Positions 33,562 through 41,312 of a DNA stretch of 41,312 nucleotides are shown piece by piece. The stretch spans positions 1 to 41,312 of IMG/VR virus record IMGVR_UViG_3300002461_000115. One strand, written 5' to 3'. The notes under the pieces were generated by a model. It saw only the letters and a list, made by a program, of their open reading frames with translations, did not search any database and was not told where the DNA came from. Within the stretch, counting starts at the first letter, position 1, and each line of letters opens with the position of its first letter. The position numbers and the translations under genes were made by a program. This DNA comes from a virus.

Positions 33562-33798
33562 CTATGCGGACTGCGCGATTTTGTGCGCTCCGGGCTTCTT
33601 CAGTTCAACATGAAACGCCTCGACCAGCCGAAGTGGGTTATCGCCCGGTCGAGCCCATAGCTTTACGCCGTTGAACCCCGCTTCGCAACGCACGCCAACG
33701 CGGTCTGCAAGTTGGCACAACTCAACGGCCACGTCCTTGATGTCGCTGCCAGCGAATGGCTCGACTTGCAGCACAAAGGTTTTCAGCATTTCCATCAC
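33562..33798 (-). CDS. hypothetical protein (78 aa), last gene of the leftward operon
   Basis: Track ORF with ATGA overlap to the upstream gene. Confidence 0.5.
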   Translation of the reverse strand: MMEMLKTFVLQVEPFAGSDIKDVAVELCQLADRVGVRCEAGFNGVKLWARPGDNPLRLVEAFHVELKKPGAHKIAQSA

Positions 33799-34064
33799 TC
33801 CCCCCTAGCACGGATAGCGGCGGCGCACCCTTCGGCTTCATCGCTCGCATGCTCTGATCTAGGCATCCCACGCACGCCTAACGGCCCATCCTTGTAATCG
33901 TGCCAGTGGTCGGCGCTTCGGGTGTCGCACAGCGCAGCACACGCAGCCCGTTCCGCCAGTACCGCAGCTTGGGCGTACTCAGTGATCCACGCAATTTCCA
34001 AGTCGCTCCAGATCATCGTTGGTGAGCAGGGGTGATCGCCGATCTTGATGGGTGGCAGCGTCAT
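33795..34064 (-). CDS. hypothetical protein (89 aa)
   Basis: Track ORF. Its C-terminus ...AAAIRARGE is similar to the neighbouring gene's end ...WAIRDRGTT. Confidence 0.5.
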   Translation of the reverse strand: MTLPPIKIGDHPCSPTMIWSDLEIAWITEYAQAAVLAERAACAALCDTRSADHWHDYKDGPLGVRGMPRSEHASDEAEGCAAAIRARGE

Positions 34065-34099
34065 GGGCGTCCTTTTAGTGGGCCGATGCGGGAGCGGTT

Positions 34100-34378
34100 T
34101 CAGGTCGTTCCTCGATCGCGAATAGCCCAGCCGATCTGATTCCCGGCATCCTGCCAGCCGTCCAGATAGGTGTCCTCGTAGGGCTTGTATGGCGGCGTCT
34201 TGTTTGCCGCGTGGGCCATTGCGATTTCCATGCAGGCGAAGCGTTCCGCCTCCATTGCCGCCCGTAGCTGGTCGGCGGTGTAGAACGGCTGCTTCCTGAC
34301 TGCTCCGCCTTTCAGCATCGGCAGATCGACGGACAGCAGGATTGCTGGCTCTGGCAAGGAAATCGGCTCCATCGTCAT
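34100..34378 (-). CDS. hypothetical protein (92 aa)
   Basis: GAAGGA SD before the ATG at 34378 (track uses GTG at 34390). Confidence 0.5.
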   Translation of the reverse strand: MTMEPISLPEPAILLSVDLPMLKGGAVRKQPFYTADQLRAAMEAERFACMEIAMAHAANKTPPYKPYEDTYLDGWQDAGNQIGWAIRDRGTT

Positions 34379-34386
34379 TCCTTCGT

Positions 34387-34506
34387 TCACCTCACTGGTT
34401 TCAATTTGTCGCCACTGCGATAGTGCCGCTGCGTCACGCTCTGCGATGAGTGCTGCAACAGCGTCGAAGCCTCGGCCAGTCGGGCGTAGTCTTTTGGCCT
34501 GCTCAT
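34387..34506 (-). pseudogene. 39-codon ORF resembling the extreme C-terminus of a tyrosine integrase (possible integrase remnant)
   Basis: Hand translation MSRPKDYARLAEASTLLQHSSQSVTQRHYRSGDKLKPVR. Compare the integrase box II end LLGHSS..vTe.HY. Confidence 0.35.
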
Positions 34507-34507
34507 A

Positions 34508-34735
34508 TCAGCCCTTGAAGTGTTCGGGATCAAGCGGGCCACCGGGCGCGTACATGGCCTCTAGTTGGCTGTCCCACAGCACAAGCGTGCGCGTTCCATC
34601 GTGCATTCCAAACGATTCTTGGCAGCGGTCGCACCGGAGTTTTCGCGCGCCTGGATTCATCACGCGAACCACGCGGTAGTCATGACCGAACAGCCAGCAC
34701 ATCAGCCGTGCGGCGTAGTGGCGGGGGCGGCTCAT
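34508..34735 (-). CDS. DUF1660-like prophage protein
   Basis: LMCWLFGHDYRVV...LRCDRCQESF matches my recollection of the DUF1660 C.LFGH signature. ATG at 34735. Confidence 0.5.
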   Translation of the reverse strand: MSRPRHYAARLMCWLFGHDYRVVRVMNPGARKLRCDRCQESFGMHDGTRTLVLWDSQLEAMYAPGGPLDPEHFKG

Positions 34736-34736
34736 G

Positions 34737-34961
34737 TCACTTTTCAGCGAACGCAATCACATCGGCTGGCACGCTGCGCTTGGATTGGTTCGTGACTTGA
34801 AGCTGAACCTTGACGGTGCGCAGAATCTCGCGTGCCTGTGCTGCGATGGCATCGCCTTGTCCCGGCTGAACAGTGCCGGTTTTCAGGTCGTTTAACGTCT
34901 CCCAAAGCGCGGCTTTGAGGTTGCTGGCGTTCAGGTCTTTACGGTCGGTGGTCGTGGTCAT
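34737..34961 (-). CDS. hypothetical protein (74 aa)
   Basis: Track ORF with ATGA overlap upstream. Confidence 0.5.
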   Translation of the reverse strand: MTTTTDRKDLNASNLKAALWETLNDLKTGTVQPGQGDAIAAQAREILRTVKVQLQVTNQSKRSVPADVIAFAEK

Positions 34962-35467
34962 AGTGCTCTCCTGCGCATCTGCGCTTTGTTCAGGGTTCCG
35001 TTCATGATTCGACGTTCGTAGGGCGTGGCCTGCGAGTCAATCTCTCGTTCAACGTCCTGCAAAAGCAGGGCGGCATCGGCAAATTCGCCGAAGACTTTGC
35101 GGGCTCGGTGACGCCGGTCGTAATCCGATTTCCACTCCCGGTATTCAGGGCGGCGGCAATACTCAACGTGCTGTGGCATTCGAGATTTGCGGGCTACACG
35201 CTCTTTCTCGCGGTCGCGAGTTCGCCGGTAGTGATCGGCCTTCTGCGCTTTTCGCTTCTCGGCATGGCGCGCTCGGTACTTCCGGTCATATGCTGATTTC
35301 GCGGCCTTGCGTTCAGCCTCGGTTGGCGGATTTGCAAGTCGGCGCGCCATCCCGGCACAAGCCCTGCCGCAGTACAGCGGAGCGCCAATGGACGCAGCGC
35401 GATTGATGCGACCTGTTGCCGCCTGAAACGACTGCTGGCACTGCGGGCACTGTGCGATCCGGCTCAC
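34958..35467 (-). CDS. hypothetical basic protein with N-terminal zinc-ribbon-like CPQC...C motif
   Basis: Track ORF. CPQCQQSF...YCGRAC, then an Arg/Lys-rich region. Confidence 0.5.
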   Translation of the reverse strand: MSRIAQCPQCQQSFQAATGRINRAASIGAPLYCGRACAGMARRLANPPTEAERKAAKSAYDRKYRARHAEKRKAQKADHYRRTRDREKERVARKSRMPQHVEYCRRPEYREWKSDYDRRHRARKVFGEFADAALLLQDVEREIDSQATPYERRIMNGTLNKAQMRRRAL

Positions 35468-36078
35468 GGTGTCACCGCCTTCCCGCCTTCCAAACTACCC
35501 CGCAGATCGCGCACCCACTTTGTCCGGTCGGCGGCTCGTTGGCATTCCTCGGCATGTGCTGCTTCGTGATAACCGATGTCGCGGTTCAATCTGGCTGACT
35601 CGCTTGCGGCCCACTCGCCGCCAGTTAGGCGCGGCGTAGGCTTTGTGCCGTACTCGCCACCACAGTCGAACTTGATGCTTTGCTGGATCTGATCGCGCAT
35701 AAAATCTTGAAGCCCGGCGTGGTCGCCTGTTGGCGGACTCCAAGCGTCTACCTGTGCCAGCATGACCTCGTAGGCTTCGCGGGTCTTCCGCCGCTCGTCC
35801 AACATTTGCATCCGCGCAGTCTCGGCGTCGTCCCATGCTTTGTTGGCGCACTGGTTACGCTGCGCAGGTGTCAACGTCAGCAGGTGGGCCAGTTCCTCGC
35901 GGGCTTTCTGAGCAGCCTTCGAGTGGTAGTCGCTGGGCGTGAATTCATCGGGTATCTGATCGCCACCGGCTGGCTCGTCGCGCAGCAGCACACACGCACC
36001 AAACGCACGGGCGCAGTTCAGGGCAAAGGTCTTGAAGCTGATGCCGTCCTTGATGTCGGCGGTGTATCCAGTTGGCAT
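35464..36078 (-). CDS. hypothetical protein (204 aa)
   Basis: Track ORF, tightly packed in the operon. Confidence 0.55.
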   Translation of the reverse strand: MPTGYTADIKDGISFKTFALNCARAFGACVLLRDEPAGGDQIPDEFTPSDYHSKAAQKAREELAHLLTLTPAQRNQCANKAWDDAETARMQMLDERRKTREAYEVMLAQVDAWSPPTGDHAGLQDFMRDQIQQSIKFDCGGEYGTKPTPRLTGGEWAASESARLNRDIGYHEAAHAEECQRAADRTKWVRDLRGSLEGGKAVTP

Positions 36079-36079
36079 G

Positions 36080-36490
36080 TCACTCTCCTGATTGGTTGTC
36101 GTGTGGCTCAGCCGCCTTCCCGGACTGCATGGCGGCGTTGCGTTTCAATGCGTTTTGACGGCGCGCGGCGGGGTTTCTTTTGTAGCCCCTTCCGTTCCTC
36201 CCCTTCGCGTGCATGTCGCGCATGTTGTCCTGATGCGTGCCAATGAATAGATGCGCTGGGTTGCAGCATGATCGGTTGTCGCAGCGGTGCAAAACGTGCA
36301 TCTGCTCAGGAATAGGGCCGACGAAGATTTCGTAGGCATACCTGTGTGCCGATGTGAACCTAAATCGGTCGCGGCTCCCCATCTGAATCTTCATGCGCCC
36401 ATAGCCTCCGCGATCTTTCTGAAGCATCCACTCCCAGCATCCAGACTCGGCAATCGTTGTTGCTCGCTGGATGCGAACCTCCGGGTTCAT
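36080..36490 (-). CDS. free-standing HNH endonuclease
   Basis: GCWEWMLQKDRGGYGR...AHRYAYEIFVGPIPEQMHVLHRCDNRSCCNPAHLFIGTHQDNMRD. ATGA-coupled start at 36490 (track gives 36505). Confidence 0.8.
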   Translation of the reverse strand: MNPEVRIQRATTIAESGCWEWMLQKDRGGYGRMKIQMGSRDRFRFTSAHRYAYEIFVGPIPEQMHVLHRCDNRSCCNPAHLFIGTHQDNMRDMHAKGRNGRGYKRNPAARRQNALKRNAAMQSGKAAEPHDNQSGE

Positions 36491-36687
36491 TGGTTTTGTC
36501 GGCATTCGATCAACTCCTTATTTAGGCGCTCCGCATCTGCCCGCAGCGCCTCAAGTTCGCGGGCCTGCTTTGCGATGGTTGCGGCCTGGGCGGTCAGGGC
36601 GTCGGCGGCGTCACTCACCAAGCATCTTTCTTCGGCGTCATCCAGCCACGCCCCGCGCAGCCTTGCAATCAGGTCGGTGCTACTCAT
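36487..36687 (-). CDS. hypothetical coiled-coil protein (66 aa)
   Basis: The ATG at 36687 is preceded by the GGAGGG of the repeated junction motif. Confidence 0.5.
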   Translation of the reverse strand: MSSTDLIARLRGAWLDDAEERCLVSDAADALTAQAATIAKQARELEALRADAERLNKELIECRQNQ

Positions 36688-36856
36688 TGCGCGGCCCTCC
36701 GATGCCCGGATAACATTCTTCGCAGCACGGCCCACAAAGCGGGCCTAGATCGGTGCCGTTCGGATCAGCCGATGGCAGGTAGATCGCGTCCTCTTCGCAC
36801 CGCCCGGTGGGTTCGTCGCACACGCAGCATCGCTGCAATGGAAGCTGCTTACTCAT
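36680..36856 (-). CDS. small Cys-rich protein (58 aa; CCVC...C...C..CC..C)
   Basis: Hand translation MSKQLPLQRCCVCDEPTGRCEEDAIYLPSADPNGTDLGPLCGPCCEECYPGIGGPRNE. Start and end both lie in the junction repeat. Confidence 0.45.
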   Translation of the reverse strand: MSKQLPLQRCCVCDEPTGRCEEDAIYLPSADPNGTDLGPLCGPCCEECYPGIGGPRNE

Positions 36857-37154
36857 TGCGCGGCCCTCCGATCCAAGTCACATCAAGATCAATGTTCTCG
36901 ACGCCGGGACATGTTCCAAGAAGCTCGCGGCCAGTGAAACCGATGCTTCCTTCAAACACATGCGCGCCGTAGTTCGCGGTGCTGGTTATCACGCCGTCGC
37001 TGTTGATGCCGAGAAGGTTCACAGCGCGCTCGCTAAGCCCCACGACGATCCAGTAGTGCGTCTTTCCACCACCTTTGCAGCGGTAGACGTTGCCGATCCG
37101 CAGCGAAGTGTCGAACTCCGGGGCCGGCGCTGGCTTCGGTAGGTTGAATCTCAT
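36849..37154 (-). CDS. hypothetical protein (101 aa)
   Basis: Track ORF. Ends with ...IGGPRNE, like the following gene. Confidence 0.55.
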   Translation of the reverse strand: MRFNLPKPAPAPEFDTSLRIGNVYRCKGGGKTHYWIVVGLSERAVNLLGINSDGVITSTANYGAHVFEGSIGFTGRELLGTCPGVENIDLDVTWIGGPRNE

Positions 37155-37345
37155 TGCGCGGCCCCCTTTAACAATCTAGCAATATCAGAGGCCGATTCCT
37201 GTACCTCAATAGTCCGACCATCAAACGTGCGAACGTAGGCGCGAATGCCATGCCACTGAGACGATGCCCCGGCCTCTAGAACCTCGGCAATTGCCGACGG
37301 GGCAAGAAACACTTTTTGTCCGTAGGTGTTGTTCAGTTCAATCAT
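37151..37345 (-). CDS. hypothetical protein (64 aa)
   Basis: The ATG at 37345 is ATGA-coupled to the 478-aa gene. Lies within track ORF 37151..37561. Confidence 0.5.
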   Translation of the reverse strand: MIELNNTYGQKVFLAPSAIAEVLEAGASSQWHGIRAYVRTFDGRTIEVQESASDIARLLKGAAQ

Positions 37346-38778
37346 TGCTTCTCTCCCCGATCTGCGGCGATGACGGCGCGGGCGAAGGCTCGGTGTGCCT
37401 TGAATATCACGCCGGGGTGAGTGCCCCATTGCTCGGCGATGATCTTGTCGAGGTCTGAGTCCATCAGCGGCGTGCGGGGTGGGGCTGCACGGTTCAGCCC
37501 CTGCGCATAACCCTGCTGCCATGCTGCCGTTTTTTCCATGTCGATGCGATGCAGCCACCACTGTTCGGTGTGCGCCACCGGCTCAGGCTCCACTGCTGGC
37601 GCAACAGCTTCAGCCCGTCCACGATCAATCAACGCCTGAGCTTCAGACGAAATAGCAGGGTCTAGGGTCATTTCACATTCTTGGCGTATCAGGTCGGACA
37701 GCGCCTTTCTCGGGTTGGTTTCATGTTCCTTTCGATACGCCCAATTAACCACAAGTCGATCAATCACGGCTTCTTTCCACGGGTTTGACTCCACCACCGT
37801 GGGCGCTGCCTCGCGCAATGGCGATCCAGTCGCGCCACCGTCGGCACAAAAGCGCAGGATCGTCGCGGCCCAATCTTCTTTGCGATGGCGTGCCGCGTAC
37901 AAGCGGCAGTTCTCAAGCGCCTGAAGTTCGGCGGTGTGCCTCTGGAAGCGATCCCATGCCTTGCCCGCCATCTGGTCGAGTGTTGCGTCCGTGGGCGCTG
38001 CCTGTAACGGCTCTTCAATCGTGTACTGGCGGCAGTGCTTGCACCATCCGGGCGCGGGTTCCGTGGGCGCTGCTGGCTCTGGCTGAGACATGGCGGCTTT
38101 CTCGCGAGAGCATTCTTTACAAACGACTGGGCCACCGCATCTAGCCCTGACCCCATCAGGACGCGGCCTCACATGCCCGTGTCCGGTGTTCTTGTTCGAT
38201 GGCTCTGGCTGCGCGGGTGCGCGGCGGCGATTCAGCACTTCATCCGGCACGCGCTTGCACAGTGCGTAGCCGTTTTCCCAAAGCCATTCAAGCATCAACT
38301 TGTCGTCGGACGGGTTGCCGAAGGATCGGTTGTGCATGGACTGATGCAGGGCCAGCCGCGAGTCGTCGCGGTTCAGAGGCTTCCATCGCGTCAGCACGGG
38401 TTCGCCCATGAAAGTGTCTGGCGTTGGCGCTGCTGGCTCTGGCTGCGCGGGTGCGTCACACGGCAACAAGGTTGCATTGGCTGGCCCGCACAGCGCGTAG
38501 CAAAGGTTCTGCACCAGTGCGTCGGGGTCGAAGTCCTGTTCTTGCCCACACATCGTGGCACCCCGAACGGCATAGCGGCCCGCTGCGATCACGGCGTCTA
38601 GCTGGGCGTTGGTCAAGATCGGGAGCGGCGTTTCTGCAAAGTCGTCGCGCACGTTGTCCCACTCACCACGCGGCGCGTACAGCCAATGATCCTTCGGCAG
38701 CGGCCATGAGGCTGTAGCGAACGCGCTGCCGTCTGGCAACACGGTTATGCCATCTGTGGGTTTCAGTTCTTCACTCAT
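37342..38778 (-). CDS. large multidomain hypothetical protein with repeated (Q)PEPAAPT linkers (478 aa)
   Basis: Track ORF. AAPT-type linkers occur at least 4 times, encoded by repeated DNA blocks. Confidence 0.6.
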   Translation of the reverse strand: MSEELKPTDGITVLPDGSAFATASWPLPKDHWLYAPRGEWDNVRDDFAETPLPILTNAQLDAVIAAGRYAVRGATMCGQEQDFDPDALVQNLCYALCGPANATLLPCDAPAQPEPAAPTPDTFMGEPVLTRWKPLNRDDSRLALHQSMHNRSFGNPSDDKLMLEWLWENGYALCKRVPDEVLNRRRAPAQPEPSNKNTGHGHVRPRPDGVRARCGGPVVCKECSREKAAMSQPEPAAPTEPAPGWCKHCRQYTIEEPLQAAPTDATLDQMAGKAWDRFQRHTAELQALENCRLYAARHRKEDWAATILRFCADGGATGSPLREAAPTVVESNPWKEAVIDRLVVNWAYRKEHETNPRKALSDLIRQECEMTLDPAISSEAQALIDRGRAEAVAPAVEPEPVAHTEQWWLHRIDMEKTAAWQQGYAQGLNRAAPPRTPLMDSDLDKIIAEQWGTHPGVIFKAHRAFARAVIAADRGEKQ

Positions 38779-39152
38779 GTCTGCTCCTGTGGTGATGGGG
38801 CGGCTGGCAAGGGCATCCAGTGCGTTGGCTTAGGCGACATGCCGCCACCCCAATCAATCCACCCTTCATAGCCTTCGTCTTCGTCTTGATCGATGTAGCG
38901 GCCATCGATGTCTCGGCGCTCACGAATTCCACCTTCGTGAAACAGCCAATGCCCCTCTGCAACGTCAACACCATTCGACAAAAGAATTTCGGTGCCATCC
39001 TTCGGCGCTGTCTCAATCGCTTGCCACCCGGCTGGCATGGATAGGGCGGCGCGCAACGCATCGATGTACTCGCCCGTGTGCGGAACGTCCTTCCACAGCG
39101 GCGTGTCCCAGCGGTCAACAAGTGCCTGTGCGGCTTGTTGTAGTGGCGTCAT
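38775..39152 (-). CDS. DUF551-domain protein
   Basis: GWQAIETAPKDGTEILL...PTHWMPLPAAP is the DUF551 pattern. Probable start at 39152 (track gives 39254). Confidence 0.6.
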   Translation of the reverse strand: MTPLQQAAQALVDRWDTPLWKDVPHTGEYIDALRAALSMPAGWQAIETAPKDGTEILLSNGVDVAEGHWLFHEGGIRERRDIDGRYIDQDEDEGYEGWIDWGGGMSPKPTHWMPLPAAPSPQEQT

Positions 39153-39162
39153 GGCTGGCCTT

Positions 39163-39420
39163 TCACAGTTCGTAGAGTGCGACATCGCCATCCTTCCGCT
39201 CGTGCCCACATTGCTCCCAAAGTCGGTAAGACATCCCGCTCGGGACTTCGGCAAACCATCCGGCGAAACGCATGCCGTTTAGGTTTAGCAGCGCATCCCT
39301 CTCAGCCACAAGCCGATCAACCGCAAGCCGCAGCGCCTGCTGTTTCTGCGCTGAGTCGATCACGTTGTCTGCATTGGCGTAGTCGTTGGCGAGCGACATG
39401 ATGTCGGCTGTCGTTTTCAT
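39163..39420 (-). CDS. hypothetical protein (85 aa)
   Basis: The ATG at 39420 is ATGA-coupled to the exonuclease stop. Confidence 0.5.
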   Translation of the reverse strand: MKTTADIMSLANDYANADNVIDSAQKQQALRLAVDRLVAERDALLNLNGMRFAGWFAEVPSGMSYRLWEQCGHERKDGDVALYEL

Positions 39421-40154
39421 GCTGCTGCTCCGATGTCTGCAAACGTCATCCGACGCCACACTTCCCGCGTCTTGCGAACGTCATCAGCGCAGTAGTCGGC
39501 AATCTCTTTGAACCGCCCAGCCTGCGCCATCGGCCAAACATCAGCACCGCTGATAGCGCCCTTCCCATCAATGCCGAAGGCGCGGCACAGCTTGTCGAGG
39601 CTGATCGTTTTTCCGACGCCAGCGAACTGCACCATCGTGTCAAAGATGGCTTCGTCCCAAGGCTTCGCATCGAACGGGATCGACAGTGGCGGGCGGATGC
39701 CGAGCACCATTGCCCGCTGCTTCAGAAACCGCAGATCAAAGGCCGAGACGTTGTGCCCAATGACGCACGCCTTCCGAAAGCCAACGGGCATGTCGAGGAA
39801 GAACTCAAGGATCGTGTCGTGCTCGCCCGCGCCCGTCAGGCTGGTGGAATAGGCGGTGCGGATTGGACCATCGTTCCAAGCCCAGCCGATGCACAGCACT
39901 TGTCCAAAAGCCCCGTCGAGTCCGGTTGCGTGAATCTTCTCGGCCAGCTTCGCGTCAAACTCTGCTTTGATGCTCCCGCGCTTTTGGCAGACGAACTCCG
40001 TGATCTTTTCTTCGTCTTTGTAGTTGGCCGGGGCCTTCACTTCGCTCAACGCAGCGGCCAGATCGTCACGCAACGATTCTTCAATGTGCGCAAGGATGTC
40101 CGGCCGCTGGGCGGGGACAGTTTCGATATCCAGAGTGAGTCTGTCCACAGCCAA
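39417..40154 (-). CDS. DnaQ-like 3'-5' exonuclease (PolB-exonuclease-domain-like)
   Basis: Exo I LDIET, Exo II GHNVSAFDLRFL, Exo III YCADDV. Start uncertain (TTG at 40154 or GTG at 40148). Confidence 0.75.
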   Translation of the reverse strand: MAVDRLTLDIETVPAQRPDILAHIEESLRDDLAAALSEVKAPANYKDEEKITEFVCQKRGSIKAEFDAKLAEKIHATGLDGAFGQVLCIGWAWNDGPIRTAYSTSLTGAGEHDTILEFFLDMPVGFRKACVIGHNVSAFDLRFLKQRAMVLGIRPPLSIPFDAKPWDEAIFDTMVQFAGVGKTISLDKLCRAFGIDGKGAISGADVWPMAQAGRFKEIADYCADDVRKTREVWRRMTFADIGAAA

Positions 40155-40157
40155 CTC

Positions 40158-40817
40158 CTAGAACGGCTCATCAACCGTTGCTTCGTCTGGAATGTCCTGA
40201 AACGCATGCGATGCGCTCTCAGTGATATTCCGGCGCGTGCCCTTCGTTTTCCACTCCATGCTGGCTTGGATCGTCTCGCGCAGCTTGTCGTAGAAGGTGG
40301 CGTACACCTTCATGTCAGGCGCGTCAATGTCGAACAACACAACATCGTGAACACCCTTCGGCTTCGCGTTCTTCAGTGCAGCCGGAAGCGGCGTCAGGTT
40401 CGCGACATTGCTGTACGTCTTGCCGTTCGTCTCGCTGGTGGTGACGTTCACCATGCAGTAAGCCCCGGCCAGTTTCGACACATCGAACTGCGCCAGTTCT
40501 TCGGGGGTGAAGTCACGGCCCCGCCAAGCCGCCAGATCGGCCCGCAGACGCGATTTATCGGACAGGCTGACCGTGTACCGCTTGCTGATCGTCAGCGGCA
40601 TTTCACGGCCGTCTATTTCGATGGTGAGCGGGGCACCTTGTTCGTCCTCGCCAAACAGTTCCCACTTCAAAATCATCTTGTGCTGAAACTTCTTGTCGCC
40701 TTGCCACTCGACTTCTTGAGTGCCGAGGTCGATGACGCCGATGCAGCGTCCGATGTGAACGCCTGCCGGGACTCGCTTGAAGTCGCCGCCGCCTGTGTCT
40801 TTTGCAATGAAGCCCAT
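40158..40817 (-). CDS. single-stranded DNA-binding protein candidate (DUF669-like) with acidic C-terminal tail
   Basis: AAGGAAA SD. The C-terminus DIPDEATVDEPF resembles SSB protein-interaction tails. Adjacent to the exonuclease. Confidence 0.55.
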   Translation of the reverse strand: MGFIAKDTGGGDFKRVPAGVHIGRCIGVIDLGTQEVEWQGDKKFQHKMILKWELFGEDEQGAPLTIEIDGREMPLTISKRYTVSLSDKSRLRADLAAWRGRDFTPEELAQFDVSKLAGAYCMVNVTTSETNGKTYSNVANLTPLPAALKNAKPKGVHDVVLFDIDAPDMKVYATFYDKLRETIQASMEWKTKGTRRNITESASHAFQDIPDEATVDEPF

Positions 40818-40923
40818 TTGATATTTCCTTTTTCAATGCTGCCGTTGCGGGTGGCAGTTGACCCATCTTCAAAGTAGTCGGCACCCGGCTCGTCATCGCC
40901 GTGGTGCATCGGATTGCTGCGGC

Positions 40924-41244
40924 TCATTTCCACCGCGCCCGGCCCAGCCGCTGCGCCAAAACGGTGATGTGCGCCTCATACGCTTCAATGCGCTGGGACA
41001 GCCGATCCGCGTGCGCATAGGCCGCAACGCGGTCTTGCCGGATGTGCAGCACGTCGCGCTCGGCATGCTTGATGCGCCATGCCAGATACTTGACTTCGGC
41101 CCATGCGAACAGCTTCCAAAGGAGCGGGCGGCGCGTCGGTGTGTAGGTCATCATTTCGTGTTCCTCGTCAGTGAATCGAGCAAGTCGGCACCACAGCACG
41201 CCAGCGCACAGGCTTAGTAGCAGGTACGCCAGCGCGTAGGTCAT
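40924..41244 (-). CDS. hypothetical protein with N-terminal TM (106 aa); start lies inside the terminal repeat
   Basis: Track ORF. The ATG at 41244 equals position 26 of the window start. Confidence 0.55.
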   Translation of the reverse strand: MTYALAYLLLSLCAGVLWCRLARFTDEEHEMMTYTPTRRPLLWKLFAWAEVKYLAWRIKHAERDVLHIRQDRVAAYAHADRLSQRIEAYEAHITVLAQRLGRARWK

Positions 41245-41312
41245 GGCAAATACCCAAACACAAGCGCAGCGATCACGCCAACCACGCCTACCGCGCTCAT
41301 GGCGTAGCTCAC
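41219..41312. repeat. second copy of the 94-bp terminal repeat
   Basis: Identical to 1..94. Confidence 0.95.

Noticed and set aside
40673-40933. 86-aa minus-strand ORF overlapping the start of the SSB-like gene by about 145 nt.
   Set aside because: The overlap is too long for this otherwise tightly coupled operon. At most a short acidic N-terminal peptide (about 35 aa, 40818..40933) could be real, and there is no supporting signal.
1-41312. Scanned for tRNA genes (T-loop GGTTCGA-type motifs), rRNA and CRISPR arrays.
   Set aside because: None recognised by eye. A tRNAscan/Infernal run would be needed to confirm absence.

Overview
The window is a complete, circularly closed dsDNA tailed-phage genome. 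Bases 1..94 are identical to 41219..41312, leaving 41,218 bp unique. It is high-GC (a proteobacterial, possibly Burkholderiales-type host is only a guess). The virion module looks podovirus-like: I recognise no tape measure, tail tube or sheath gene.

Layout:
- Divergent sigma70-like early promoters lie at about 990-1100.
- The rightward operon encodes a Cro-like HTH, an HTH_39-like protein, a DUF559 nuclease, a lambda O/P-like replication pair (DUF1376 initiator with an internal 11-bp iteron array, plus a P-like protein), NinB, a degenerate HNH, a Cys/His protein, DUF1064 and a Q-like antiterminator.
- Two near-consensus promoters and a short terminated leader precede the late operon.
- The late operon encodes TerS, TerL, an 822-aa portal, unknown virion proteins, a LamG-repeat protein, scaffold, major capsid, head-tail and tail proteins, a Gly-rich ejection-protein cluster, a tail fibre and a lysis cassette (GH19 endolysin, Rz with embedded Rz1).
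- A leftward operon crosses the contig junction (949 down through 1/41312 to 33562). It encodes an SSB-like protein, a DnaQ-like exonuclease, DUF551, DUF1660, an HNH and many small ATGA-coupled ORFs.

Main finding: the major capsid gene is split into three exons by two related group I introns only 78 nt apart. One is ORF-less; the other carries a LAGLIDADG homing endonuclease.

Other selfish-element findings:
- Free-standing HNH genes flank this region. One sits in a 658-bp antisense cassette that duplicates and recodes the 3' end of its host gene and leaves the original 3' end as a remnant.
- A 23-nt gene-junction repeat recurs in the leftward operon.
- A short ORF resembles the C-terminus of a tyrosine integrase.
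- A reverse-oriented three-gene cassette ends in an HTH gene (acr-aca-like layout).
- A GNAT-like and a cupin-like gene sit inside the ejection-protein cluster.

I recognised no tRNA, CRISPR array, reverse transcriptase, intact integrase or CI-type repressor. All calls come from reading the sequence and recalled family motifs; no searches were run.
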